Source of the DNA: Alistipes sp.
GTDB lineage: Bacteria > Bacteroidota > Bacteroidia > Bacteroidales > Rikenellaceae
Reading direction: 5' to 3'
Assembly: GCA_017623505.1 (NCBI GenBank)
Contig: JAGAOZ010000005.1
Location: forward strand, 112,710 to 176,709
Length of the DNA stretch: 64,000 nt
Part shown: one piece after another, positions 47,191 through 56,208 of the stretch
Layout of the letters: the number at the start of each line of letters is the position of its first letter
Position numbering within the stretch: the first letter of the stretch is position 1
The notes under the pieces: generated by a model
Databases searched by the model: none
What the model was told of the DNA's origin: nothing
Seen by the model: the letters and a program-made list of their open reading frames with translations, nothing else
Made by a program: the position numbers and the translations under genes

Positions 47191-50100
47191 TTATAGAGTA
47201 ATATTCAAACCTACTGACATAACTCGCTGCTGTGGGTAGTAACCGTTGTTTACACTTGGTAACTCAGGGTCGATATTGTACTTACCGACGTGGCTCAAAG
47301 TGAAGAGGTTAGAACCCTCAACATATACTCGTACACGCTGGATACCTACCTTCTTGGTGATGTTGGTAGGAAGAGTGTAACCGAGCTGCAAAGTCTTCAA
47401 ACGGAGGTAGTCTCCCGGACGATACCAACGAGTTGAAGAGTATGCGTTGTTAGAGCTACTTGCCAACGACAAACGTGGGAAGTATGCGCCAGTGTTCTCT
47501 GGTGTCCATGAGTTCTCAACAAGGTAGAATGGTGAGTTACCATCGTGGTAGAATGGCTTAGTCATAGAGGTATTATCCATGATACCGCCTGAGTAAACAC
47601 CTGTCAAAGCGATAGTGCTACCTGTTGCACCCTGCAACAAGAAGTTGAAGTCGATACCCTTCCACTCGCAGTTGAATGACAAACCGGCAGTGAACTTAGG
47701 ATATACAGATGTACCTACGTAACCACGGTCCTGCTCGTAAGAAATCTTACCATCACCGTTACGGTCAAGATACTTGATATCACCTACGCGGATTGGCTTA
47801 CCAACCATGGTTGGAGAGTTCTGAATCTCCTCCTCGCTCTGGAACAAGCCCTGGTCGATGAAACCGATAACAGAACCTACCTCCTTACCAGTAAGCTTCT
47901 GGTAGTCAGGAGCGTTGTCGGCGTCACCAGAGTAGAGCAACCAACGACGCTTAGCGTATGAGCCCATGAACTTAATGCCATAGCTGAACTCGCCTGCGCG
48001 GTTGTTGTGTGAGATAGAGAAGTCGAAACCGCGGATATCCTGCTTATTCTTGTTCTCCCATGCTGGATAGTAACCACCAACTGATGGAGGATAAGCACCT
48101 GATGCGCTTGCCAACATATCGTACTTGTAAGTGTAGAAGACGTCGGCCTCAACACCGAGCAAACCGCCCCAGAATGTTGCATCAACACCGATGTTGTAGT
48201 TGAGGTTCTTCTCCCATGTGATATTTGGGTTAGCTACGCCTGAGGTGTAGATACTTGACTGACCAAGACCACCGATAACTACTGAGTTACCGCTTGAAAT
48301 GGTCATTGTGTTCAAATATTGATATGCGCTAACGGCAGAAGTACCTGTAAGACCGATACCTCCACGGAGCTTCAAGTTATCAACCCACTTTGCGTTAAAC
48401 CACTTCTCTTCAGAGATACGCCATCCTGCAGATGCTGCTGGGAAGAAGCCCCAACGTGAGCCGTTCATACCAGAGAAGAGGTATGTACCATCGTAACGAC
48501 CTGAAAGCTCAACGTATACGCGGTTGTCGTAGTCGTAGTTCAAACGAACAACGAAACCAACCTGACGGCTGCGGCCACTTGTACCACCGATAGAACGCTT
48601 GTCGCTTGATGCGTCACCGAAGTTAAGCTCAGGAAGGTTCTCGAAGAGGATATTGTACATACGACCGTAGTGGTTGTTGCTCTTATAGTCACGAGTCTCC
48701 AACAGTGCCAAAGCAGCTACACGGTGCTTACCGAAGGTGTTGTCATAAGACAAGCTTGTCTGAGTAACGCCGTAGTAGTTGTAGTAAGAGGCCTCCTGCA
48801 ATGAGTTCTCTGAACCAAGGCCTGAATAAGTCTGGCTAACGGTGTAGTTCATCTTATTGATGTAACCGTTCTCGTCATAAGAGAAGTTAGCCAAAGCCAA
48901 CTCATAAGGAGTAGAGAAGAGCTTAGTGTGAGTGAAGGTCATATCGTAAGATGCGAAGAACTTAGCAGACAAACCCTTAACCCAAGGAATATCCCAACGA
49001 AGAGAGATGTTAGGCTCGATATATGTAGCCAAACGCTTGTTAGAACCAGACTCCTCGTATGCAGCAACTGGGTTTACAGTGGCTGATGCGGTAGGAGTAG
49101 CTGTGTGGTACTCAACACCGTCGATTGTAACCTTCTCAGGTACGTAAGGGTGAACACGCATAGCCTGCTGTGCAACGTTGTTCCAATCGGCGTCGCTTGC
49201 ACTATATGTAGGCTGGTCGTGGTCCTGAATACGGCCTGAAAGACCTACCTCCAAAGTGAGGTTCTTAGCAATCTTCGCTGTGAGGTTCGCACGCAATGTA
49301 TAACGACGGAAGTTGAAGTTATCAACGTTACCCTTCTGGTCGAACATACCGATAGATGCGAAGTAGTTCATATTGTCGTTACCACCGGTAGCTGAGATAG
49401 TGTGTGACATGTTGTGACCGAGGTCGAACACCTTGTCATACCAATTGGTGTTACCCCAACCATCCTCATTGTTAATCATCTTCTGAACGATGTCGGCAGT
49501 AAAGATAGGCTTCTGGCCATCCAACTCCAAAGCCTTGTTATACCAATAAGCATAACCAGGACCATCGAGCAGGGTCATAGGGTTGGCGTTCTGGCTCACA
49601 CCATAAGAACCCTTGTAAGAGATTGTAGACTCACCCTTCTGACCACGCTTAGTAGTAACGATGATAACGGTGTTACCATCCAAACCATAAACGGCAGCAG
49701 CAGAAGCATCCTTCAATACTGAGATTGACTCGATATCCTCAGGGTTAATCTGGTTGATGTCACGAGGCACACCATCAACAATGTAAAGTACAGACTGACC
49801 ACGTACCATGAGTGATGAACCATCGGCACCAGGCTGACCTGACTGCTGAACAGCGGTTACACCGGCAACACGACCTGCCAACATATTGGTTACGTCGCCC
49901 ATAGGAGCTTTCTCCAGATCCTTACCAGAAATCTGGGAGATAGCGGCTGTTACAGACTGCTTCTTCTGTACACCGTAACCTACGACAACAACCTCGTCCA
50001 GACGCTCAGCCTCATTCTTCAACTCAACCATGAGATTTTTCATGCTTGCAGTGACTGGAACATAAACTGTTTCCATACCGAGGAATGAAATCTCTAGACT

Positions 50101-50343
50101 ACTGCCAACCTCGGCAGTAAGAGAGAACTTACCGTTGATGTCGGTAGAAGCACCTGTTGTAGTACCTTCAACCATAACGGTAGCACCAATAATAGGTTCG
50201 CCCGCTTCATCAACAACTGTTCCCTTCACAACGTTCTGTGCCCAAGCTGCACTTGGACTCAAAACCATAAAGAGGGCAAATATTGTTGAAGCAACAACGC
50301 TCAACAAAGCACGTCCCCCTTTAGAATGGGATAAATGTTTCAT
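47191..50343 (-). CDS. SusC family TonB-dependent transporter
   Basis: VKGTVVD.GEPIIGATV, EVVVVGYG, ISVLKDASAAAVYG, NPNITWEK, C-terminal YPQQRVMSVGLNITL. Confidence 0.97.
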   Translation of the reverse strand: MKHLSHSKGGRALLSVVASTIFALFMVLSPSAAWAQNVVKGTVVDEAGEPIIGATVMVEGTTTGASTDINGKFSLTAEVGSSLEISFLGMETVYVPVTASMKNLMVELKNEAERLDEVVVVGYGVQKKQSVTAAISQISGKDLEKAPMGDVTNMLAGRVAGVTAVQQSGQPGADGSSLMVRGQSVLYIVDGVPRDINQINPEDIESISVLKDASAAAVYGLDGNTVIIVTTKRGQKGESTISYKGSYGVSQNANPMTLLDGPGYAYWYNKALELDGQKPIFTADIVQKMINNEDGWGNTNWYDKVFDLGHNMSHTISATGGNDNMNYFASIGMFDQKGNVDNFNFRRYTLRANLTAKIAKNLTLEVGLSGRIQDHDQPTYSASDADWNNVAQQAMRVHPYVPEKVTIDGVEYHTATPTASATVNPVAAYEESGSNKRLATYIEPNISLRWDIPWVKGLSAKFFASYDMTFTHTKLFSTPYELALANFSYDENGYINKMNYTVSQTYSGLGSENSLQEASYYNYYGVTQTSLSYDNTFGKHRVAALALLETRDYKSNNHYGRMYNILFENLPELNFGDASSDKRSIGGTSGRSRQVGFVVRLNYDYDNRVYVELSGRYDGTYLFSGMNGSRWGFFPAASAGWRISEEKWFNAKWVDNLKLRGGIGLTGTSAVSAYQYLNTMTISSGNSVVIGGLGQSSIYTSGVANPNITWEKNLNYNIGVDATFWGGLLGVEADVFYTYKYDMLASASGAYPPSVGGYYPAWENKNKQDIRGFDFSISHNNRAGEFSYGIKFMGSYAKRRWLLYSGDADNAPDYQKLTGKEVGSVIGFIDQGLFQSEEEIQNSPTMVGKPIRVGDIKYLDRNGDGKISYEQDRGYVGTSVYPKFTAGLSFNCEWKGIDFNFLLQGATGSTIALTGVYSGGIMDNTSMTKPFYHDGNSPFYLVENSWTPENTGAYFPRLSLASSSNNAYSSTRWYRPGDYLRLKTLQLGYTLPTNITKKVGIQRVRVYVEGSNLFTLSHVGKYNIDPELPSVNNGYYPQQRVMSVGLNITL

Positions 50344-50370
50344 AGTTATTTAGTTTTAAGTTTGTGATTG

Positions 50371-51702
50371 TTATTCCACTTTCATATTCTGCTCCAACAC
50401 ATCCCACCAATCGCGGTTTACGATGTGTACAAGGTCGAAAATCATCAATCCGCCCTCGCAGCTCTGCATAACCTGCTTAACGGCACGACCAAACTGCTCC
50501 TTGTCCTGCTCGTACTGGTCTACGTAGAGTGAGCCGGCAACAGGAACTACGCCACAAGTGATAGCCTGAGCGAGCTCAGCACCACCCTCAACAGAGTAGC
50601 AATAGGTCAAATCGTTAGGGTCCATACCAGACTCGGTACGCTGACCAACAACGCGACCCTGAGCAGCATCGACCTCATCCTTAGTAACCAAAGTGTAGTA
50701 AAGACCGGTCATATAGATATCCAACAAGTCGGCATAGCCTGTCTTGTAGTAGTTCTCCGAAGCCCAATCAGGATAACGCTCCGATGGGTCGTACTTAGTG
50801 CTTGCCCAGTTTACACCCAACTGATAGTAAGTAGGATACCAAGCACCTGTGTAGTCGCCGATAAGAATATCAGGATTAACAGCGTGGATAGCTGCATGAG
50901 CCTCCTCAACGAATGACTTGATGACGGTAGCACGCCACTCAATCCACTCCTTGAAGTACTTAGCAGGACGCCACTGCTTGCCCTCCCAGGTCATAATATC
51001 CTCAGGGAAGTTCTCTACCTTGTGGCCGCTCCACTGCTCAAACTGCTGACGAGAGAGGTCAGAGAAGTCAGAGGTGATGTTGTCATAACGCAAACGGTCG
51101 AAGATTATACCGTCAGCCTCAGGATAACGCTCAGCGAACTCAACCAAGATAGCCTTCTGGTACTCGCGTACCTCAGGGTTAGATGGGTTGAGCATACCGT
51201 TGTAGTTGTTCTTCATCTCGCTGATTGGCACTAACTTGCCATCAGGCATATAGACGATAGACTGCCACTCTGGGTGCTCGTTGTAGATGATACCACGCTT
51301 GAAAATCATGTGACCACCAGCAAAGATATTAAGCGAGCCGTGAACACGCAGACCTGCCTTGTGACCATAGTCGATGAAGTGCTGCATCATATCGTACTCG
51401 CGTGGGCGAACAGTGCCCTCAAACTCAGCCATATATGGTGCAATCTTACTGTCGTAGAGAGTCTCACCCATAATAGACTTAACATCGACAACGATGTCGG
51501 TGATACCGATAGACTTCATCTTATCTACATAGTAGGCGATAGAGTCTTGAGAACTCATGCGCTCGAAGTTAGCCTCGCAGTCTACCCACATATAGACAGG
51601 TTTACCAGACTTGGTTGCCTTAACAGCTGCGGCATTATTGCAACAACTGATAGCAAAAGTGGCAATGATAACAAGCGACAAAAGATTAAAAAGTTTCTTC
51701 AT
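50371..51702 (-). CDS. GHL10-like (PF02638) TIM-barrel glycoside hydrolase lipoprotein
   Basis: WVDCEANF, LNPSNPEVREY, FDRLRYD, GAWYPTYYQLGVNWAS; paralogous to the C-terminus of 41728-43728. Confidence 0.8.
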   Translation of the reverse strand: MKKLFNLLSLVIIATFAISCCNNAAAVKATKSGKPVYMWVDCEANFERMSSQDSIAYYVDKMKSIGITDIVVDVKSIMGETLYDSKIAPYMAEFEGTVRPREYDMMQHFIDYGHKAGLRVHGSLNIFAGGHMIFKRGIIYNEHPEWQSIVYMPDGKLVPISEMKNNYNGMLNPSNPEVREYQKAILVEFAERYPEADGIIFDRLRYDNITSDFSDLSRQQFEQWSGHKVENFPEDIMTWEGKQWRPAKYFKEWIEWRATVIKSFVEEAHAAIHAVNPDILIGDYTGAWYPTYYQLGVNWASTKYDPSERYPDWASENYYKTGYADLLDIYMTGLYYTLVTKDEVDAAQGRVVGQRTESGMDPNDLTYCYSVEGGAELAQAITCGVVPVAGSLYVDQYEQDKEQFGRAVKQVMQSCEGGLMIFDLVHIVNRDWWDVLEQNMKVE

Positions 51703-51740
51703 AGTTGCTTATACCTATTTATATATTATACTTTTGATGA

Positions 51741-53024
51741 TTACTCAACTTCAGAAATTACGATAGCAGTAGGAACTGAACGCTGGCTGCCGTCGCTTGG
51801 GTTGTTGTAAACCTTGCCGTCATAGCCTACGATAGCAGATGAACCACCACCGTCGAGGTTGATAGCGTAGTCCATATTGTACTCAACGAAAATCTCAGCC
51901 ATCTCGCTAAGGGTAAGACCATTAGAGCCATTCTTGCCACGTCCGTCGCATACCAAAAGCATCATCTTGCCATCCTTAGTACCGCCGATAGCTGTACGTG
52001 GCTGACGAGTGTTACCGCTGGTACCGCCTGTGTGCATAATCTCACGATAGTAGTACTGCATGGCTACGTTCTCACCGTTGTAAACCAACATAGGACCGCC
52101 ACCGATAGCCTGCTCAGGCTCCCAAAGCTCTGCGCCAGGGGTGCTTGTGGTAGGAGCACTTGTCATAAAGGTATGAGTAATCTCGTCGTTGTCGAGTGGT
52201 GATGGGAATGAGTATGGCTTGCCACCAATGCAGTAAACCCAAGTAGCCTCGAATGAACCGTCAGCCATCTGACCTAAAGCTGCGCGAACAGGGTAAGCGG
52301 TAATCTGGTTACCAGAAGCGTCGTCAGGATATGCAAGCTGAGTAGCGATAGACTTAACCTCACCATCGGTGATGCAGAGGCTGAGTGATGCGCCATCCCA
52401 GAAGTAACCACCGTTAGATACTACGTAAGGAGTACCCATGCCCAAACCCTTGAAGTACTCAAATGCTGCAGTAGGAGTCTTTGCAGGGTCGAGGTGAGTA
52501 GGACGGAAACGAAGATTACTGTTAGACTTCAAGTCGGCAACAGCAATATAACCCTTAGCTACGCCACCATCAGAGAACTGACGCTCGAAAGGCTCGAAAG
52601 AGAGTCGCTTTGGATAGTTTGACTCAGGAGCGTCACTTGTGGTGATGACAGTAACAGGAGAGCAAACTGTGCTCTTGAACTGGTCACGTGCTGCTGCAAC
52701 GACAGTGTAAGCGGTTGCAGGGGTAAGGTCGGTGATGGTGATGTTGATACCTTCTTCAGCATCGATAACTGTACCCTGTGCAAAAACCTCGTCGGCACTC
52801 ATAGAGAGAGTCTCACCTTCGGTGTAGTAGTATGCACACTCATCAGCATAGAGTGATTTGATGAGTACGGTGACAGATGTTGTACTCTTCTCAACAGGAG
52901 TGATGACCGCTTGTGGTGTAGTCTCAGGATCTGGGAATACATAAGTCGGATTGACCTCCTCTTTGCAACTGAAATTCAGGCCGATACAGGCCATGAGAAC
53001 TGCTAAAATCGTTAGATTCTTCAT
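51741..53024 (-). CDS. Phosphodiester glycosidase (NAGPA/PF09992-like) surface lipoprotein with an FN3-like stalk
   Basis: NGGYF, AIGGGPMLV, QPRTAIG, DGRG, NLDGGGSS; lipobox NFSC followed by KEE. Confidence 0.88.
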   Translation of the reverse strand: MKNLTILAVLMACIGLNFSCKEEVNPTYVFPDPETTPQAVITPVEKSTTSVTVLIKSLYADECAYYYTEGETLSMSADEVFAQGTVIDAEEGINITITDLTPATAYTVVAAARDQFKSTVCSPVTVITTSDAPESNYPKRLSFEPFERQFSDGGVAKGYIAVADLKSNSNLRFRPTHLDPAKTPTAAFEYFKGLGMGTPYVVSNGGYFWDGASLSLCITDGEVKSIATQLAYPDDASGNQITAYPVRAALGQMADGSFEATWVYCIGGKPYSFPSPLDNDEITHTFMTSAPTTSTPGAELWEPEQAIGGGPMLVYNGENVAMQYYYREIMHTGGTSGNTRQPRTAIGGTKDGKMMLLVCDGRGKNGSNGLTLSEMAEIFVEYNMDYAINLDGGGSSAIVGYDGKVYNNPSDGSQRSVPTAIVISEVE

Positions 53025-53245
53025 TGTGTTTATTGTTGTTTTGATATAGTTATAGTCGTAATCATCCGTAAAAATAAATTAAATTATTTAGATTACAAAA
53101 CTTTTTAAATAAATTTTAATAAGATATTTTCAACATAGTTTTGTTAAGTGGTTGATTATTAGTGTGTTAGGTTGTTATTTGTGATAAAATAACCAAAATA
53201 AAAAATTTCAGAAAGTTTTGGCCGTGATATTATTTGTTTAGGAAT

Positions 53246-53277
53246 AAAAAAAAGAGCTACCACGAGGGCAACTCTTT
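53246..53277 (-). terminator. Intrinsic terminator after the ROK-MFS pair
   Basis: AAAGAGTTGCCC/GGTAGCTCTTT stem (G-U pairs on minus strand) followed by a U-run. Confidence 0.6.
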
Positions 53278-53302
53278 AGTTGGATAATGGTGTTGTGGGC
53301 AA

Positions 53303-54622
53303 TTATACCTCCTTAACCTGCTCCTTAGTGTCGGGATGGGTAAATGGAAGACGCCATGTAAGGATAAATGCAGGGATTGCACTAACCAGAGCCCAAATGA
53401 AGAACTGTTGGTAACCTATATGGTCGCTGATATAACCCGAAATCATACCCGGAAGCATAAAGCCTAAGTTGGCAAGAGCCGAGCCAAAGGCGTAGTGTGC
53501 CATTTGGTGCTTACCCGGTGCAACTTGTTGCATAATAAATAGTGTAAGTCCCACAAAACCAAAGCCATAGCTGAAATATTCAAAGACAATACCACTGCAT
53601 ATAAGGAACGGATTTTGAGGTTGGAAGATTGCTAACAATGCATACACAACGAATGGTATGTTGAATATACAGCAAAGTGGGAAAATTGCTTTTTTAAGGC
53701 CAATCTTAGAGATGAAAAGTCCGCCCAATGCTGAGCCTATAATAAAGGCTATTGTTCCGAATGTGCCGACATAAATTCCGATATCTGTCTTAGTCAAACC
53801 AAGACCTTCGTTTGCGACGTCAGCGCTGAGGAAAAGAGGTACAATCTTAATAACGAAACCTTCAGCAAAGCGGTAGCATACAATCCATGCAATATAGATC
53901 CATATAAATTTCTTCTTGAAGAAAAGTAATATGACATTCCACGTTTCGAGCAACGTCTCTGAGGCAGAAGAGTGGCTGCTGTGGCTTGCACCTCCTGAAG
54001 GAAGTCTGCGCCAGTGGTATAAACCCAAGCAAATCAGCAATATACCGCTGATAAGCATGATGACACCCCACGAATTAATAGCCGCGCATAAGTCTGTATA
54101 GTTGTTCTCCTTGTAATAGTTTATCAGAAAATCTGCTAACCATACTAGCACTCCGGTTGCTGTAACTTTTGCGGCGTTGTAGCACATGCCTTGTATTCCC
54201 ACAAATTGAGCCTGTTGCGTCTTGTTTAGCTCGGTGATATAAACGCCATCAAGAGCAATATCGTGTGTAGCTCCACTAAATGCTAATACGGTCATAATAG
54301 CCACTACGTATGGGAAGAAGTCGGGGAGTGGCAGAGCCATCGCAATGAGGGCTAATGACACGCCCGAAACAATCTGAGTGGTAACGACATAGAACTTCTT
54401 GGTGCGATACATCTCCATCAGTGGGCTCCAGAATGGTTTGAGCGACCAGGGGAGGATGAGTAACGATGTCCAGAAGGCGATTTGAGCATCGGAAATGCCG
54501 AAATCCTTAAACATAAGTGGGGCTACCAGATTGATGAGAATCAGTGGTAATCCCATAGCAAAGTACGCAGAGGGTACCCACCAGAGCGGCGAACGCTTGG
54601 TCTGTTTTAGTGCTTGTTCCAT
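53303..54622 (-). CDS. AmpG-like MFS transporter
   Basis: WVPSAYFAMGLP, LPWSLKPFWSP, ATHDIALDG; 12 hydrophobic segments. Confidence 0.85.
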   Translation of the reverse strand: MEQALKQTKRSPLWWVPSAYFAMGLPLILINLVAPLMFKDFGISDAQIAFWTSLLILPWSLKPFWSPLMEMYRTKKFYVVTTQIVSGVSLALIAMALPLPDFFPYVVAIMTVLAFSGATHDIALDGVYITELNKTQQAQFVGIQGMCYNAAKVTATGVLVWLADFLINYYKENNYTDLCAAINSWGVIMLISGILLICLGLYHWRRLPSGGASHSSHSSASETLLETWNVILLFFKKKFIWIYIAWIVCYRFAEGFVIKIVPLFLSADVANEGLGLTKTDIGIYVGTFGTIAFIIGSALGGLFISKIGLKKAIFPLCCIFNIPFVVYALLAIFQPQNPFLICSGIVFEYFSYGFGFVGLTLFIMQQVAPGKHQMAHYAFGSALANLGFMLPGMISGYISDHIGYQQFFIWALVSAIPAFILTWRLPFTHPDTKEQVKEV

Positions 54623-54657
54623 TGTGTTGTAAATTTATATCTTTTTAATCTCTTTTG

Positions 54658-55863
54658 CTATAAGCCTAATGTGCGGTTACGAGTGATGGCACAGATGCCT
54701 ATAAGACCTGCCGACTCGCCTAACTTTGAGACCTTGATGGCTGTATCTTTCGATACAAAGTTAAGGGCGTATTTGTTGATGGCACTCTTGATAGGTGGAA
54801 GTAGATAATCAGTTGCAGAACAGAGAGTTCCACCCAAAACAATAACCTCGGGATTGAACATATTAATCAATCCTGCTATGGCACGACCAAGCGACGAACC
54901 TATCTGTTCCATAACCTCTATAGCGAGCATATCTTCGCTGTCGACAGCGTCTAAAATGTCGCGTACAGAGATTATCTCTCCTCGCTCATAAATTGGCGAA
55001 AGCATCGAAATCTTGCCCTGCTTCAGATTGTCCATAAATAGTCGGTGTGCAGCCGAGCCTGAGACCTCGGTCTCGAGGCAGCCACGCTTGCCGCAGCTAC
55101 AAATTATCTCGTTGTCGAAGAACGGGAAGTGTCCATACTCGCCCGAGAAGCCCGACTTGCCGTAGTGGAGCTCGCCACCGAGAATCATACCGATACCAAA
55201 TCCCCAACTCAGATTCAAGAAAATCATATTCTGCTCGGAGTTACCTACGCCATATACATACTCGCCGTAAGCCATTGCACGTGAGTCATTTTCGATGTAT
55301 ACGCGGCAGCCTAAACGCTCCTCCAAGACAGCTGTTACGGGTTTCTCGTCGAAGAAGAAGTAGGAGTATGAATAGCCCGTCTCGGGGTTGATACGTCCGG
55401 GGATGTTGATACCCGTAGCGAAGAGTTTCTCGCGGCGGATACGTGCTGTGGCGATGAATGAGTTAATCAGCTCGCACAGACGGTCAAACGAGGTGCGGGT
55501 GTTCTCGATAGTGAAGGGATATTGGCGTTGAACGACCATATCGCCACGGAAGTTTATGATGCCGATGACTACCACGTCGCGTTTGATGTCGACGCCCATA
55601 AAGTAGCCTGCAGAGGGGTTTAAGCCATATATGCTTGGGCGACGACCACCTGTGGCAACCTGCTTGCCCAAATCGCAAACGAAGTCCTCCTCAATCAGAG
55701 TGCTGACAATCTTTGTAAGTGTCGGAACACTCAGACCGAGCTCGCGGCTAAGGTCGGCAATACTCTCGCCGCCATTCTTCATATATCGACGCAGAATCTC
55801 GCGTTTGAGCTGAGCAGACTTGTTGCCGCTCTCTAATGCGTCGAGGAAATTTGTCTTGACCAT
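54658..55863 (-). CDS. ROK family (NagC/XylR-like) transcriptional regulator
   Basis: N-terminal wHTH (ADLSRELGLSVPTL), IENDSRA, GEYGH, CSCGKRGCLE zinc motif; TAACTTTG promoter at 55913-55920. Confidence 0.93.
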   Translation of the reverse strand: MVKTNFLDALESGNKSAQLKREILRRYMKNGGESIADLSRELGLSVPTLTKIVSTLIEEDFVCDLGKQVATGGRRPSIYGLNPSAGYFMGVDIKRDVVVIGIINFRGDMVVQRQYPFTIENTRTSFDRLCELINSFIATARIRREKLFATGINIPGRINPETGYSYSYFFFDEKPVTAVLEERLGCRVYIENDSRAMAYGEYVYGVGNSEQNMIFLNLSWGFGIGMILGGELHYGKSGFSGEYGHFPFFDNEIICSCGKRGCLETEVSGSAAHRLFMDNLKQGKISMLSPIYERGEIISVRDILDAVDSEDMLAIEVMEQIGSSLGRAIAGLINMFNPEVIVLGGTLCSATDYLLPPIKSAINKYALNFVSKDTAIKVSKLGESAGLIGICAITRNRTLGL

Positions 55864-56058
55864 AAATGTTCAGTGGGTTAGTAAAAGTTGTGTTTTTAGA
55901 GCACACTCTGTGCAAAGTTAAGCAAAATTAGGCAAAAATCATAGGCTTGATGAGATTTTTGATGCTGAATAGCCAAACATTCTAAACTTTTTTAGCAAGA
56001 TTTGAAAATAATGTAAAAAATTTTTTCGAGTTGTTTGGAAATGATATATATTTTTTAT

Positions 56059-56066
56059 TATCTTTG
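56059..56066 (+). promoter_or_regulatory. -7 promoter element for gene 56209, divergent from the ROK gene
   Basis: TATCTTTG about 140 nt upstream of ATG. Confidence 0.6.
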
Positions 56067-56208
56067 TTCCATAAAGTATGTGCATAGTCCCTGGTGGGGC
56101 TAAATGGTGGTTGGAGGTAGAGACTCGGAACCATACCATTTATATATTATATATAGCAGATTTTGAACGAATAGATATTGATTAACCTAAATTATTAAAA
56201 ATTACATT

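Larger units (their letters stand above)
33033..55863 (-). other. Polysaccharide utilisation locus (15 co-oriented genes) for an amino-sugar glycan
   Basis: SusC/SusD pair flanked by hydrolases, esterases, AGE epimerase, MFS importer and ROK regulator, with mostly short intergenic gaps. Confidence 0.9.

Noticed and set aside
41728-51702. GH10 xylanases or alpha-amylases
   Set aside because: The motifs (DR.R[YF]D, GVNWAS) fit the GHL10/PF02638-like family; GH10 WDVVNE and GH13 conserved regions are absent
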